A stretch of 64,000 bases of DNA, from the NCBI GenBank assembly GCA_950097015.1, contig CATNEN010000011.1:5394001-5458000 (forward strand), in the 5' to 3' direction. Position numbers and translations under genes: made by a program. A model generated the notes under the pieces. That model saw only the letters and a list, made by a program, of their open reading frames with translations, had not been told where the DNA came from and did not search any database. Below, piece by piece: positions 44,191-58,134 of the stretch (the first letter of the stretch is position 1; each line of letters opens with the position of its first letter). The DNA is from Macrostomum hystrix. Its lineage: Eukaryota; Animalia; Platyhelminthes.

Positions 44191-47100
44191 TCGCTGAAAA
44201 AATAATTGTGCTAGAAAAATGGCTAAGACCGGCCATGCTCAAGTACTGAAAGAATTTGCTGGTCAAAATGCAATGGGCAACAAAAACTGTATCCAGTCTC
44301 GTTTATTCTTATCAGTGACTGCTTTTTGAATGCCTCCCTTGCGGCCTAGTCCCCGACGACAGGAGGGCAAAGCTATAGATTGGAATGAGCTGGGAGTGAG
44401 TAGGGCCAGGCCAGTCAAGCTCAGCCCCGGGATGGCCTGGTCATGTCGCCTGCAGCGTCAGTGATAGCCATTTCAAAGAAATTCAGAATTCCTTAGCTCT
44501 AATCTCTCTTCCAGCCACTTTGAGAGCGCATCTGCTTCAGTTCACCTAAGCTGCATGGCTGTTGCTAGCTCGTTTGTCCCCAAGTCAAGCGTTACAAAAT
44601 TTCCCAGCCTCTGTATAAATAGACTGCAGCTGCAAGCCAGTCAAGCGAATATAATTACCATAGAAATCGTATCGGCTTGCAGATTCTGTCTTTGGATCTC
44701 CATAAATTGGATATTTTTGTGACTTTCTTCGTCAGCGAAGTGTCCCTAATAAAGTTTCTTTGCTCGAATAATCGCGAAGTATAAAAGTACATATTTTGTA
44801 CTTTAATAACGTGTTTAACTGTTACGTATATTGTGGGGCGCGCAATGCAATCGCTGGGGATGTGGCCACTGACTGTTCATTCGGTCCAAATGGTCTAGGT
44901 GTAATCAATATCTTTCTGCGTTTTGCTTGAGGTCATGATGTGTGATATGCACGAATGTACATGTATGCTGAGCTAATCTAACCCTTCTTCACCACCCCTC
45001 TCCGCCAACCTCACACCCTCGCACTCTCCGATTGGTTAAGGCCCGTGAAAGAATGGTCATTCAATTTAGATTATCGATCGATAATACAAGGAGAAGCAAG
45101 AAAGTCCTTTTAAGTTTGCAAGCATGCAGTTCGATGCAGTTCAAGCGCGGCTAACTATAAAAACGCTATCATGAGAAAGCACTGCCTCACATGCGTACTT
45201 TGCTATCGAGTGATTTCATTCTGACAGTCCAAACCCGGCTTGCTGTTACGCCGAGTGGGAGGGGCAGATCTTTCGGATAGAGCGAAAAAAATAACTTCAT
45301 CTCACAGAGCGACATTGCAGAGAAGAGGAAGAGAGAGAGGGAAGAGGGGCACGGAACTCGATGCGCAGAATTTAATTGCATCACCTAATCAGATTATTCC
45401 CTGTATATAAATCTATATATTTATATACGAGTATAATACGCGCATTGACTGCACAGGGGGCATTTCTAGGAAAATTATCCTTTAGATTGACTCGCAAACA
45501 AACACACACCGATTGATTCGTGCCTGTACATTTCTGCTACTTAAATATAAAACTGGATCCTGATAAGTCTCCTATGAACTTGTGGGCAGGGTGTTGTTTG
45601 TATGAAAACAAGTCCTAAAAAGTACTTCCGCCTGAAATGAAGCAATTAGAAATTGGTTTCTCTCTAATTATGTCGTGTGCAAATCACTGCAGTTTGTTTA
45701 GTTTCTGTTAATTGCTTGCGTGTCGTTTCTTTTATATTTCTGTTAATGTTTGCTATAATTACTAGATTAATATGTGTTCTCGCGTGAACAAAAATTAATT
45801 GTCTGAAACATCAAGTTGTAAAAATTATTGTTAGTCACTAAATTTTTGTCTACTTATATCGAGTAGTATGCTATTTTTCTTTGATTTTGTGTGTTTTTTC
45901 CAAGCTTTGTCAAACTTGATAAACTGATTTACACTTTTTAGGATTCTCGATTCTAAGTAAACTTTTTATGTAAATATAGTTTGTTATATAAATTAGCATA
46001 TTGCGTCAACTACCTGCAAGTATCTCTCTCTCTCTCTGTGTGTGTGCGTACATTTATGCAATAACAAATGTTTTTATTACATATTGTGAAATAGTGCACT
46101 TTGTACTTAAGTTAAAGTTTGTTACGTTAAATTTAATTGTTTGCTGAAGCAAGTAACCACAGATTTAGTTAGAAAGTCTATAAGAAATGAGTAAGTAATT
46201 TATTATAATTAATGAAAATAATATTTTTATATTCCAAAACTACATTTATGTCTCGCTTACCATGATGTCTTTGATGTCGCTGTTTCATTATTTGTTTAAA
46301 TCATCAACTATTAATTGGTTATGTTTTGTTTTAATTCGTCCACTGTTGACCACGAGTTTACGGCTCAATTTGTTAATTTAGATAGTGATTTGTTTAAAAC
46401 AACCGCAAAATTCAATGCTGACAGGCTTGCTTAGGTTAAAGATTGCAACTGATTTCTAAACTAAAATTTATTTAGTTTAACTGCACACTTTTTTTTCAAC
46501 CGCTGAACGCAGCCGAAAGAGAATAAACTCAAGATCTCATAACGAACCGCATTAGCTGTTTTAAAGAACTATATTTATCCTTTTTTTCTAGCTAAAATCG
46601 AGATTACGAGCGTGTTAATACTCGTAATATTTTATTAGCAAATCTAGAGAACGGAAAATGGTAAAAACTACCTATTCATTTTTATGATCACGAGGTTAAA
46701 GACCAACAATCTGACTAGCTGGGATATTCGGCAAGATTAAAGGCCCGAAACAAAAAAGGACAACTGAAGCTTGCTTTTTTTAGTTTAGCAAAGGATAAAT
46801 AATAAGATTAGTTATATTCTCTAGATCTTTTACTGTCTGCGGAGATAATCAGATTCTTAAATAGGACTTGCAACCAAGTGCTCCATGCATCTATTGAGGT
46901 TATTCATCCCACATTTAAATTCAGCAGCCAAAGCGCCTAAGAGAACTTTCATTATTGACTTCTTTTATTTTCAAAGAATCTACTAATTTGCACTTTTAAG
47001 CCACTCTGCGTCTGAGACAAATTACCGGCCGGATGTCGCAACGATCTGGGACTTTGCCGGCGAGAAAAAGGGATAATACAATTCTAATCCCGTTCTTTTG

Positions 47101-47765
47101 AAAAGCGAATTTCGAAGTCCTCTGTTTTGACACAGTCAATTTTTTCAGGGCCGGATTCTAGCGAATCAAAAGTTTCTTGATAGTGGATCGAGAGAAAGGA
47201 CTGCTCAGAACGATTTCTTAAAAGGAACAGTTTTGCTGACCCACACTTACCTCTGCTCAGGCACTCTGCCCCAAACTGTACTCAGTACTTGCTCAACGCC
47301 ATAAGCCACCCAGCATATACTGCAGCAGCTAAACAGTCAGCAGTCTGAGCAAAGTTAAGAAGAGGTCCAAACAGGTCCACTTCCTTCCGGCAGGTCAATT
47401 CTGACTTTCTAGCTCAAGCCACACGGTCATATTGTATGAGGAATATAGTTTGCAGAAATCCTAGGGCTAACTAGAGTACAGAGATGCTGTGTGCTCAAAT
47501 GCCTCAGCAAGCTGAATATGGGATGGATGAGATGAAGGTTTGATTATTTACCTGCTTAAGTTGGGATTGCGTTATTACTGTAGGTAGTTTCAGCACAGGT
47601 TTGGAATTGTGAATCCGGATCAATATATATGGCTTGTTTTGACTTGACAACAGGTACTAAAAGAGTACAATTATGTAGTACTTTAGTACTGCTTAGTACT
47701 GCTAATTTTTAGTACTGTTTTGCTTTCAAAAACATGGTTGTGAAGCCTATGTACTATCCATGCCT

Positions 47766-50258
47766 CAAATCCATGGTGGCTCCCCTCCACAAATCCATGG
47801 TGGCTCCCCTCCACAATCCATGGTGGCTCCCCTCCACAAATCCATGGTGGCTCCCCTCCACAAATCCATGGTGGCTCCCCTCCACAAATCCATGGTGGCT
47901 CCCCTCCACAAATCCATGGTGGCTCCCCCCACAAATCCATGGTGGCTCCCCTCCACAAATCCATGGTGGCTACCCCCACAGATCCATGGTGGCTCCCCCC
48001 ACAAATCCATGGTGGCTACCCCCACAAATCCATGGTGGCTCCCCTCCACAAATCCATGGTGGCTCCCCTCCACAAATCCATGGTGGCTACCCCCTCCACA
48101 AATCCATGGTGGCTGCCCCCACAAATCCATGGTGGCTACCCCCACAAATCCATGGTGGCTACCCCCACAAATCCATGGTGGCTACCCCCACAAATCCATG
48201 GTGGCTCCCCTCCACAAATCCATGGTGGCTACCCCCACAAATCCATGGTGGCTCCCCTCCACAAATCCATGGTGGCTACCCCCACAAATCCATGGTGGCT
48301 CCCCCCCACAAATCCATGGTGGCTCCCCTCCACAAATCCATGGTGGCTCCCCTCCACAAATCCATGGTGGCTCCCCCCACAAATCCATGGTGGCTCCCCT
48401 CCACAAATCCATGGTGGCTCCCCTCCACAAATCCATGGTGGCTCCCCCCACAAATCCATGGTGGCTCCCCTCCACAAATCCATGGTGGCTACCCCCACAG
48501 ATCCATGGTGGCTCCCCCCACAAATCCATGGTGGCTACCCCCACAAATCCATGGTGGCTACCCCCACAAATCCATGGTGGCTCCCCTCCACAAATCCATT
48601 GTGGCTACCCCCACAAATCCATTGTGGCTACCTCCACAAATCCATGGTGGCTACCCCCACAAATCCATGGTGGCTACCCCCACAAATCCATGGTGGCTCC
48701 CCTCCACAAATCCATGGTGGCTACCCCCACAAATCCATGGTGGCTCCCCTCCACAAATCCATGGTGGCTACCCCCACAGATCCATGGTGGCTCCCCCCCA
48801 CAAATCCATGGTGGCTCCCCTCCACAAATCCATGGTGGCTCCCCTCCACAAATCCATGGTGGCTCCCCTCCACAAATCCATGGTGGCTCCCCCCACAAAT
48901 CCATGGTGGCTCCCCTCCACAAATCCATGGTGGCTACCCCCACAGATCCATGGTGTCTCCCCCCACAAATCCATGGTGGCTACCCCCACAAATCCATGGT
49001 GGCTCCCCTCCACAAATCCATGGTGGCTACCCCCACAAATCCATGGTGGCTCCCCTCCACAAATCCATTGTGGCTACCCCCACAAATCCATTGTGGCTAC
49101 CTCCACAAATCCATGGTGGCTACCCCCCACAAATCCATGGTGGCTCCCCTCCACAAATCCATGGTGGCTACCCCCACAAATCCATGGTGGCTACCCCCAC
49201 AAATCCATGGTGGCTCCCCTCCACAAATCCATGGTGGCTCCCCTCCACAAATCCATGGTGGCTGCCCTCCACAAATCCATGGTGGCTACCCCCTCCACAA
49301 ATCCATGGTGGCTCCCCTCCACAAATCCATGGTGGCTGCCCCCACAAATCCATGGTGGCTACCCCCACAAATCCATGGTGGCTCCCCTCCACAAATCCAT
49401 GGTGGCTCCCCTCCACAAATCCATGGTGGCTGCCCTCCACAAATCCATGGTGGCTACCCCCTCCACAAATCCATGGTGGCTCCCCTCCACAAATCCATGG
49501 TGGCTCCCCTCCACAAATCCATGGTGGCTCCCCCCTCCACAAATCCATGGTGGCTCCCCTCCACAAATCCATGGTGGCTCCCCTCCACAAATCCATGGTG
49601 GCTGCCCCCACAAATCCATGGTGGCTACCCCCACAAATCCATGGTGGCTACCCCCACAAATCCATGGTGGCTACCCCCACAAATCCATGGTGGCTACCCC
49701 CACAAATCCATGGTGGCTACCCCCCACAAATCCATGGTGGCTCCCCTCCACAAATCCATGGTGGCTCCCCTCCACAAATCCATGGTGGCTACCCCCTCCA
49801 CAAATCCATGGTGGCTGCCCCCACAAATCCATGGTGGCTACCCCCACAAATCCATGGTGGCTACCCCCACAAATCCATGGTGGCTACCCCCACAAATCCA
49901 TGGTGGCTCCCCTCCACAAATCCATGGTGGCTACCCCCACAAATCCATGGTGGCTCCCCTCCACAAATCCATTGTGGCTACCCCCACAAATCCATGGTGG
50001 CTCCCCCCCACAAATCCATGGTGGCTCCCCTCCACAAATCCATGGTGGCTCCCCTCCACAAATCCATGGTGGCTACCCCCTCCACAAATCCATGGTGGCT
50101 GCCCCCACAAATCCATGGTGGCTACCCCCACAAATCCATGGTGGCTACCCCCACAAATCCATGGTGGCTCCCCCCCACAAATCCATGGTGGCTCCCCCCC
50201 ACAAATCCATGGTGGCTACCCCCACAAATCCATGGTGGCTACCCCCACAAATCCATGG
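47766..50258. repeat. About 24-bp minisatellite (2.5 kb)
   Basis: Unit CCACAAATCCATGGTGGCTCCCCT with C-run length variants. Confidence 0.96.
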
Positions 50259-52752
50259 TGTGGAGCCTGTTTAGAAAGCGGCTTGCAATAAAATCTAGTC
50301 TATGGCTTTGTTCGAAGTCATTCTATTTTCTGTTGATCTGTTTACGATCCATGTTTTTCAACTTCAAGCTATTATAATTAGTTTTTACCTGCTTAAAATA
50401 TTGCCCCACCTGACTAGTGTTTGGCAAGCTTTCGCCATCTGAATCCGAATCGCGAGTCTCCTACTAGCTGCGTGGGGCTTCATGAAGCCAGCCCTTCCAC
50501 TTCATCAGCTCAGACAGCTTGGCAATCCATAGGAACTCTCGCATTCTCTCTGCGCCCTTTCCTGCAACTCTTTCATGAGGGGATCATGCAGCCTCTCTCT
50601 CTCCCCTGGCATTATTATACGTTGATATATGCGTTATAAAGTTTTCTGCGCTAATACTGTAGCAGCAGCAACTTCGCATGTACCGTCATTCTATCCTGGG
50701 CTTTCTGCAACTCTCCCTCTCTTCTCCCCATCTTGCTTTTTTCTGTCTATTGGGAAGTTTTCTGTGTGTCTGTGTATGTGTGTGTGTTCTTTTCACATCA
50801 TCTTCGGAGCTTAATCTGTGCCTAATTCAGACTGTCGCAGGCTACGGGCATTAAGGCCCGTGTGTCTCCTCTTTATAGCTGGATGCTTGTCAGTTCTTTC
50901 CCGGCCTTATCTAGTTATTTTGCCCCCGAGCAGTTCGTCTCACCTAGGCCAAGGAATTGCACGTTAAGTCGGCATACACGAGGCGTGTTACAGTCTACAA
51001 TATGTACTCGAATAAAATTTGTTTCTTTTTTGGGGACGCAACTCTAAATGCATGCTATCATCTAGTTTACGTTAGAATTAAAAATCTTAAATTGAGGTAT
51101 CTTTGCGCATAAAAATTGCTCCCAGTTAATTTGTTGCGTCCCAAGAGGCAAAGACTCGAGGGGATCTCGTGCATTGACCGAAGCGAACGATAAGAAAAAA
51201 CGCGAATTCTAATCCTATAGCAGCAAATTCATTTTTTATGAATGACTAACGACAGAGTTTGCAATGAATGTGCCTTAAGTAGTATCGAAAGCGGCTCAAT
51301 CTTTAAAAAACTGTGCTTCACTCTGCATCAGAAAAGTTTCGGTTCAGACTTCCGTCATTACAAAAATTATGATGCTCACAATTGGTACGATATAGCTGCA
51401 TGTGTGGCATCATACCAACTTACTTTGCCTGTAATTACCGGCACATGCTTAATCAGTACACACAACAAAACAAATGCAAGGACACCTAGAATTACTATTA
51501 GTAGCATTATTCTAGATGCGCTTTTTTATGTTCTGGATTGCTAAAGAAAAAAAATCCATGAGCTGTGTTTAAAAAGGATATTTATATTCCTGTCGGGATC
51601 TGTCTGGTTTTATTTGACATGCCCAATAAAAATGCTTGAATGTCGGCAAGAAATTTTACAGCTGCTGAGCTGTCATTGCAAACTTTTTTCGTTACTTTAT
51701 TTTGAGATTTAAGTTTTTCTGCGTTACCTACTTCCTTTTTTCTAAGAATACAAAAATAAAGTCCAGATTTGAACTAACTACTGAATTCAAGGAAATGAGC
51801 CACTTAATTAGTAAAATGTGAGCAAATATTATAAACTATAAAATGCTAAAGACGATGCAAAGTTTACTAATTAAGAAAAATTAAAAGTCTAAACAAAAGT
51901 GGCGTACATACGTGGCATGTAAATTGAGAATTGATGATTTACAGAATTGTTTCATCACAGTGCACTTTGCAGCTGTTTTGCTAAATTTGCTTATGCCTAA
52001 TTAAATTTTTCATTATGTAAATAATATTATATTTATAAGATCGTGTGCTATCACTGCTATGCATGATATCGATGGCAGATTTTTCTATCATTCGTGGTTA
52101 ATAGGCCTAGCTTGCTCTAACAATAATGTTAGTATGAGTAGAAACTGAAACAAAAATTGAATTCTGCAAGAACTTAAAGGATGGGAAATAAGTTTCCATT
52201 TATTCACAACACCAATTTGATTGATCAGCAGTTAATTAATCACAGTAAACCTATATTATATTTATTTCCTGATCTTGGCAAGGTGAAATCCTAATATCGG
52301 CTTCCAAATGTTGAATAACCAACTAATGAATATTAATCAGCCATAACCAAGAGTTTGTAAGGGCCTAGCTCAGGACAGCAGGTGTGTGTTCTAGGCTGTG
52401 AATGCCCATACTAAGCATATGTCTAGAAATTTGCCTAAACTGGAGGAACTAGCTGTAGAATCTTAGATAATTATAGATTTTGAGTAGGCCTAGGCCTAAT
52501 AAATAGATTCTAATTGTCTAATTGATCTAGATCTATCATTGCTGCTTCTTGTCCACTGACTCCTTTTCATTAACTTAATCATAATTTAAGTATTTTTTAA
52601 AAAGAAACTAGTTTTTTTTAAAGAAACTAGTTTTTTTTCTTAAAAGCATCTAGGGCCTATTAATTGATCTAGATGAAAGCCTAGGCCTACCATTTCATAG
52701 AGAAAATTAAATATTTTCTATGGCTACAAGTATAAAGTAGGCTAGCCTAGTT

Positions 52753-54211
52753 GGATCCTTGACATACATGCACAACACCCGGCCGACCTGGCCAAACCGG
52801 CCAGGTGAATTGGTGAAACGAGGGCCAAGCAAGGTAAGTTGCATAAACCAATCAACCAAGCGCAAAAATATCAAAGGGGGGACCAAGGGACAAAAAAGGA
52901 AGTGTGAAGAAAAGGAAAAAGGGGAGAGAAAAAGAGAACAAATGAGAGTTAGAAAGCTTTAGAAAGCTAGATTACGACTATCTAAGTCGTAAATAGAGCA
53001 ATGAAATGAACTAAGTCACAAATGAGAGCAAAAACTAAGTTGCACAGCCGGCTAAGATTTAGGAGGTTGCGCATATATGATCCTTGACACTTCACCATCT
53101 TACAACTTCGTCATCTACTTGGAAGGTAAGGACACTTCGTCATCCAGCCAATTGGCATGCTTTAAAGTTTGGTTAGTTAATCATCTACTAGGGTAGGCCT
53201 AATGTATCATCAACCAAACAGTGTATCTTCAAAATCAAACAAGAATTTTGACTCCTTCATTGGTCTCATGCAAAACAGAAACAAGCTAGGCCTATTGTGT
53301 TTCACAGAACAACTAATTTGAAAGTTGAATAAATTATCTACAAGCTGAGGCATGACATGCAATGAAGCATTTAGAGGAAAGAAAGATATGGATGTTTCAG
53401 TAGAAATTTTTATTGCAAAAGCATACTTTTTAATGACAAATTTTCAGTACTTTAGACTAAGATTGTATGTGGTTGCTTTCCAATTAAATTACCATAAATT
53501 TAGTTATTTATAGTGTCTGAAAAATGCTTTCAAATGACATGATTCATGATAGATCACTCCTTAAAATAAGATTAAACCACTCACTCAAATTGTCAAACCG
53601 AACATCAAATTCTCTGTTTGGTTTGAAGATACATCAAAATCACAGTTTGGTTTTAGATGAAAAACATAAAAAGCTTTTTTTCTATTTGAAAAAATTGCTA
53701 AAGCAGATACTTTTTAGAAAGATATAACTGTTTTCTATAACTTGGCTTTTGATTTATCATCATATCTTAAATAGAAAATCTGTAGCTTAGGTTAGAAGTT
53801 AAAAAATACACATTCTTGTTCGGTTGATGATACATTACCCTAATAACAGAAAATCTGTACTATTTTTTGGATTCACCCTGAGGCATGACATGCAATGAAG
53901 CATTTAGAGGATCAAGTTTGTCATCAATAAAGTGAGGGTGGGGTGGTGGGGCAGAGGTGTGAAAACACTTCACACTCTAAATTGTCAAAAAGAGGTGTCA
54001 AAACTGATTTCATTATAAAAGTTGAAAGATAGGCGACAACACAATGTGAGGAGGGGTGGGGAGGGGTTGTTCTGTTCTAACTTTGAAAACGTTTGTTTTA
54101 TAGATGACGAAGTGTCCACAAGTCTAAGTCTCTTCATCATCCACCCTCTGAGATATTGGACAGATCGTCAACTGGATGACAAAGTTGTAAGATGACAAAG
54201 TGTCCAGGTAC
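52753..54211. mobile_element. Non-autonomous TIR DNA element
   Basis: Left end GATCCTTGACACTTCACCATCTTACAACTTCGTCATC versus right-end reverse complement GTACCTGGACACTTTGTCATCTTACAACTTTGTCATC. Subterminal GGACACTTCGTCATC motifs occur in inverted orientation at both ends. Confidence 0.55.
52764..53078. mobile_element. 315-bp MITE-like insertion with 10-bp TSD, nested in the left end of a larger TIR element
   Basis: GATCCTTGAC at 52754-52763 and 53079-53088. Ends ATACATGCACAAC and GTTGCGCATATAT form an imperfect 13-bp inverted repeat. Confidence 0.6.
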
Positions 54212-54740
54212 CGCCTAGTCTAGTCTACTAGTTTTGTCAAGAAGTAAATTGTATAGCCATATATAGTAGAATGGGCTGCACTTGACTCCCCACTGTCTTT
54301 GAACCTAAGGGCCTAAAAATAAAAATGTTAAATAATGTAATTAAATATATTTAAAATGCTTGTATATATAGAGCTATGGCGTATTATTTTCTATAAGCCT
54401 GGCTAAATGAAAAAAACTTTTGGTTCTTGAAAATAAAAATATCAAATATTTAACTAGCCCAATCAACCTACATATAACTTATGTTAACTAAGCTTTATTG
54501 GTAAAATTGTTAAGGCAGTTATATGAAAACCAAGTAAAACTGATTTCCATATTAATGACTGTATTGACATTGGCATTTATACTGCACTTCCTTACTGTAT
54601 TTTTCTAATGTTAAGCTACCTACATAACATAAAGTTTAAGTTTAGTAAAGTTTATAAAAATAGCAAACAAGTGAAATAAAAATATTTGTTGCTGCATTGT
54701 CTGACTGATTAATTGTTTACAGGAGTCAGCATCAGAGGCA

Positions 54741-56051
54741 ATGTCTCACCAGTTTGAGCTGCAAAAAGCAATTCTACAGCCGCATCTGTTTGGTAAAGCG
54801 CAACAGCAGCAGCAAATCGATCAGAGCCTTCAATGCGGAATCTGCCTGTCGGAATACACAGATCCCCGCGCACTGCCCTGCCTGCACACATTCTGTGCCG
54901 ATTGCCTTCGCAACTTGCCCCGGGTCAGTCAAGCTTCTCTCAGCTGTCCGATGTGCCGGTGTCGCCACAATGTGACCGATGTGGCTAATCTACCAAAGAA
55001 CTTCTATCTGGATCAACTGCGCGAGGCGGCCGCTGTCAAGTCGCCCTCGCCGCCTCGCTGCCTCGCCGAAGACTGTCAGTCTCGCCCCGTAGCCTTCTGC
55101 GAATGCTGCTCTGATCCGCTCTGCCTGCGCCACCTCAACGCCCACTCGACCGCACTGCTAGCCGACTGTCGAACTGTCACTCTTGAAGCTCGCGAAGCAT
55201 TGCGTACTGGCGAAGATTCCGCTAGGCAGCGAAGCGATGATCTGCAGGCAGCTTTGAACAGTCTAAAGAATCGAGCTAGTCAGGCGGATGCCGCACTGGC
55301 TCGTCTGTCTGACATCATTACTAATAGGCGAATAATGATTGCCAACCAGACTGCCAGTCTGTCTGCCCGACTGAAGCGCCAGAGTGAAGCCTCCGCCAAT
55401 CGTATGGTTGAACTGTCGACCATCCATCGCCTATTAGTGGACGCAGTTGAACTAGAAGATCTTTGCTCAGCCAAAAAGCAATTGCAACCGGCTAAAAGGC
55501 TTTTAGCGGCTTGTAAACTTGAAAATTCCTCCTGCGAGTCAATGCCTTCTAGTTTGCTTGATGCTTTTGTTAATCTTGACGCGCTGAAACGATTGGAAAC
55601 CGATTTAAAGAATGCCACAGCTATGCATGATGTGTCCAATGAAGCTTTGGATCAGTCTACTCATGTAGAGTTTTCTGCTGCTCCTGCTGCTGCTGCTGCT
55701 GCTGCTGCTTCTGTTCCAAATCCTCCAGTTCCTCAGGCTGCCTTTGTTGGCAACCAAGCATTGCTCGTTGCGCCTCGGACTCCTAAAGCTCTGCCTTGCG
55801 ATTTTCGGCCTGTTGATTTGGTCATTGCTAGGCACATTGACGGACCGCTGTGGTGCCACCCAGAGTTGGGTCTGTTTGTTGGCGCCCAAGCTCCCAAACT
55901 AACAGCTAACAGCAATCATAATGATAGCCAAACTGACAACTGGGCTCTTGTCCGGCAACCTGTCATTGCTTGCCTCAGCGACTGCGGAGAATTGCACTTT
56001 ATGGATGCGAACGGAAAACACGTGGCTAAGCTAGCCCTGGATGGCGTTAAA
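54741..56051 (+). CDS. TRIM-NHL protein exon 1: RING, B-box, coiled coil, start of propeller
   Basis: RING CGICLSEYTDPRALPCLHTFCADCL...CPMCR followed by LPKNFYL; B-box C..ED...FCECCSDPLCLRHLNAH; helical region. Donor AAA|GTGAGC (phase 0). Confidence 0.85.
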
Positions 56052-56250
56052 GTGAGCTCAGAAATCGCATCCTGTGTAGCTTTTTAAACTGCTGCTTACT
56101 TCAACACCACTGCCAAGGCTACTGACACCCCACTGCCTCTACTGACACCCCAATGCCTCTACTGACACCCCACTGCCTCTACTGACACCCCAATGCCACC
56201 ACTGACACCCCGCATCTTTATTAATACATTCCGTCGCTGCCTCACCGCAG

Positions 56251-56807
56251 GCCTCTCGCCTGTGCGAATGCCCGACACGCAATGCTCTTGTCCTTGCTGA
56301 CGCTGTTGCCGGTTTAGTTCTGCTTTGGTGCCCCAGTACAGCTGTCGGGATGAACAACTCGACGACGGCAGTTGTTGCCGCATCGGCCAGTGTCTGGCAA
56401 CCTCGCGGTCTCGCCTCTGCCGGCCAGACAATCTATGTGGCCAGTCCTGGCGCTGTGCACCTGCTTGACTGCGTCACCATGGCAACCGTGGCTTCCATTA
56501 GGCGGCCATTCAAAAGTGCGGACGCCGTAGCCGCTTGGCCTGACAGCCTTGTCCAGGGCGGCTTTGTAGTATCGGATTGCGCTGAAGGTAAAGTGCACCT
56601 GTTCAGTGCACCCGCCGCTTGCCATCATCTGAACACATTCGCCTGTCCCGAGGCGTCCTTCATTGAAGTGGGATTACTGCTAAACACTGCTCAACGAAGA
56701 CGTACTGGCCGCTGCTATCGGCAATTTTTTGCTTCTCGCTCGCGTCGACATTCCGTGCTCGCTGTGAACATTGACGACGATACGGACGATGCTGACGGGT
56801 TGCCTAG
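56251..56807 (+). CDS. TRIM-NHL exon 2 (beta-propeller blades)
   Basis: Acceptor CACCGCAG|GCC is in frame with the 56350 ORF. Blade-like motifs WQPRGLASAGQTIYVAS and FVVSDCAEGKVHLF. Donor CTAG|GTGACA (phase 2). Confidence 0.7.
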
Positions 56808-56859
56808 GTGACAGATTTTATTTGTTTTTGCTGGGATTCCGAATTTCCTGATGTGGTTC

Positions 56860-57725
56860 TAAGCTAGTGTTATTGCTGCGATTCTAAGCTAGTGTTATTG
56901 CTGCGATTCTAAGCTAGTGTTATTGCTGCGATTCTAAGCTAGTGTTATTGCTGCGATTCTAAGCTAGTGTTATTGCTACGATTCTAAGCTAGTGTGTTCT
57001 TGCTGCGATTCTAAGATAGTGTTATTGCTGCGATTCTAAGCTAGTATTATTGCTGCGATTCTAAGCTAGTGTTATTGCTGCGATTCTAAGCTAGTGTTAT
57101 TGCTGCGATTCTAAGCTAGTGTTATTGCTGCGATTCTAAGCTAGTGTTATTGCTACGATTCTAAGCTAGTGTGTTCTTGCTGCGATTCTAAGATAGTGTT
57201 ATTGCTGCGATTCTAAGCTAGTATTATTGCTGCGATTCTAAGATAGTGTTATTGCTGCGATTCTAAGCTAGTGTTATTGCTACGATTCTAAGCTAGTGTT
57301 ATTGCTGCGATTCTAAGCTAGTGTTATTGCTGCGATTCTAAGCTAGTGTTATTGCTGCGATTCTAAGCTAGTGTTATTGCTGCGATTCTAAGCTAGTGTT
57401 CTTGCTGCGATTCTAAGATAGTGTTATTGCTGCGATTCTAAGCTAGTGTTATTGCTGCGATTCTAAGATAGTGTTATTGCTGCGATTCTAAGCTAGTGTG
57501 TTCTTGCTGCGATTCTAAGATAGTGTTATTGCTGCGATTCTAAGCTAGTGTTATTGCTGCGATTCTAAGCTAGTGTTATTGCTGCGATTCTAAGCTAGTG
57601 TTCTTGCTGCGATTCTAAGATAGTGTTATTGCTGCGATTCTAAGCTAGTGTTATTGCTGCGATTCTAAGATAGTGTTATTGCTGCGATTCTAAGCTAGTG
57701 TGTTCTTGCTGCGATTCTAAGATAC
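56860..57725. repeat. 25-bp intronic minisatellite
   Basis: Unit GATTCTAAGCTAGTGTTATTGCTGC. Confidence 0.96.
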
Positions 57726-57809
57726 GGTCCCTGCTGGGATTCTAAGATGGGGTTCTTCCTGCGATTCTAAAGTTTGATTATCTTCATGCGATTCTACCCA
57801 ACATTTCAG

Positions 57810-57957
57810 AGTACTGACAGTGGGCAATGACAATGGGGAGAAAGGCTCGGCCCCCGGCCAGGTCAACTGCCCGCTGGGTTTGCGCTTCGACGCCCCAAGC
57901 GGCTGCTTGTTCGTGTGCGACTTCTACAACTATCGACTGCAGGTGTTTCCAGTCTAA
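57810..57957 (+). CDS. TRIM-NHL terminal exon (canonical NHL repeat)
   Basis: Acceptor CATTTCAG|A; translates (R)VLTVGNDNGEKGSAPGQVNCPLGLRFDAPSGCLFVCDFYNYRLQVFPV*. Not in the ORF track. Confidence 0.8.
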
Positions 57958-58134
57958 GATGCTTAATTACGCTTTATATTTTAGTCTGATACTGGCTGTG
58001 TGACTTTTCTCAATATCTGCTGTAGTTTTCTTCAGCTGTTGTTTAAGTAGGACCAGCAAAACTAAACATCTATTAGCTATTACTCAGTGATTGTTTATTT
58101 ATTACTGCATTTTAGCTATTCGCATGATTTAGTA

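Noticed and set aside
47002-47075. TIWDFAGE, resembling the Roc-GTPase WDFAGQ motif
   Set aside because: A stop follows within 4 codons and there is no P-loop or supporting exon nearby, so it is probably chance.
47734-50377. Three overlapping ORFs of more than 800 aa (PSTNPWWL / PQIHGG / HKSMVA)
   Set aside because: All three frames are open because the 24-bp unit lacks stops, and C-run indels shift between frames, which argues against coding selection.
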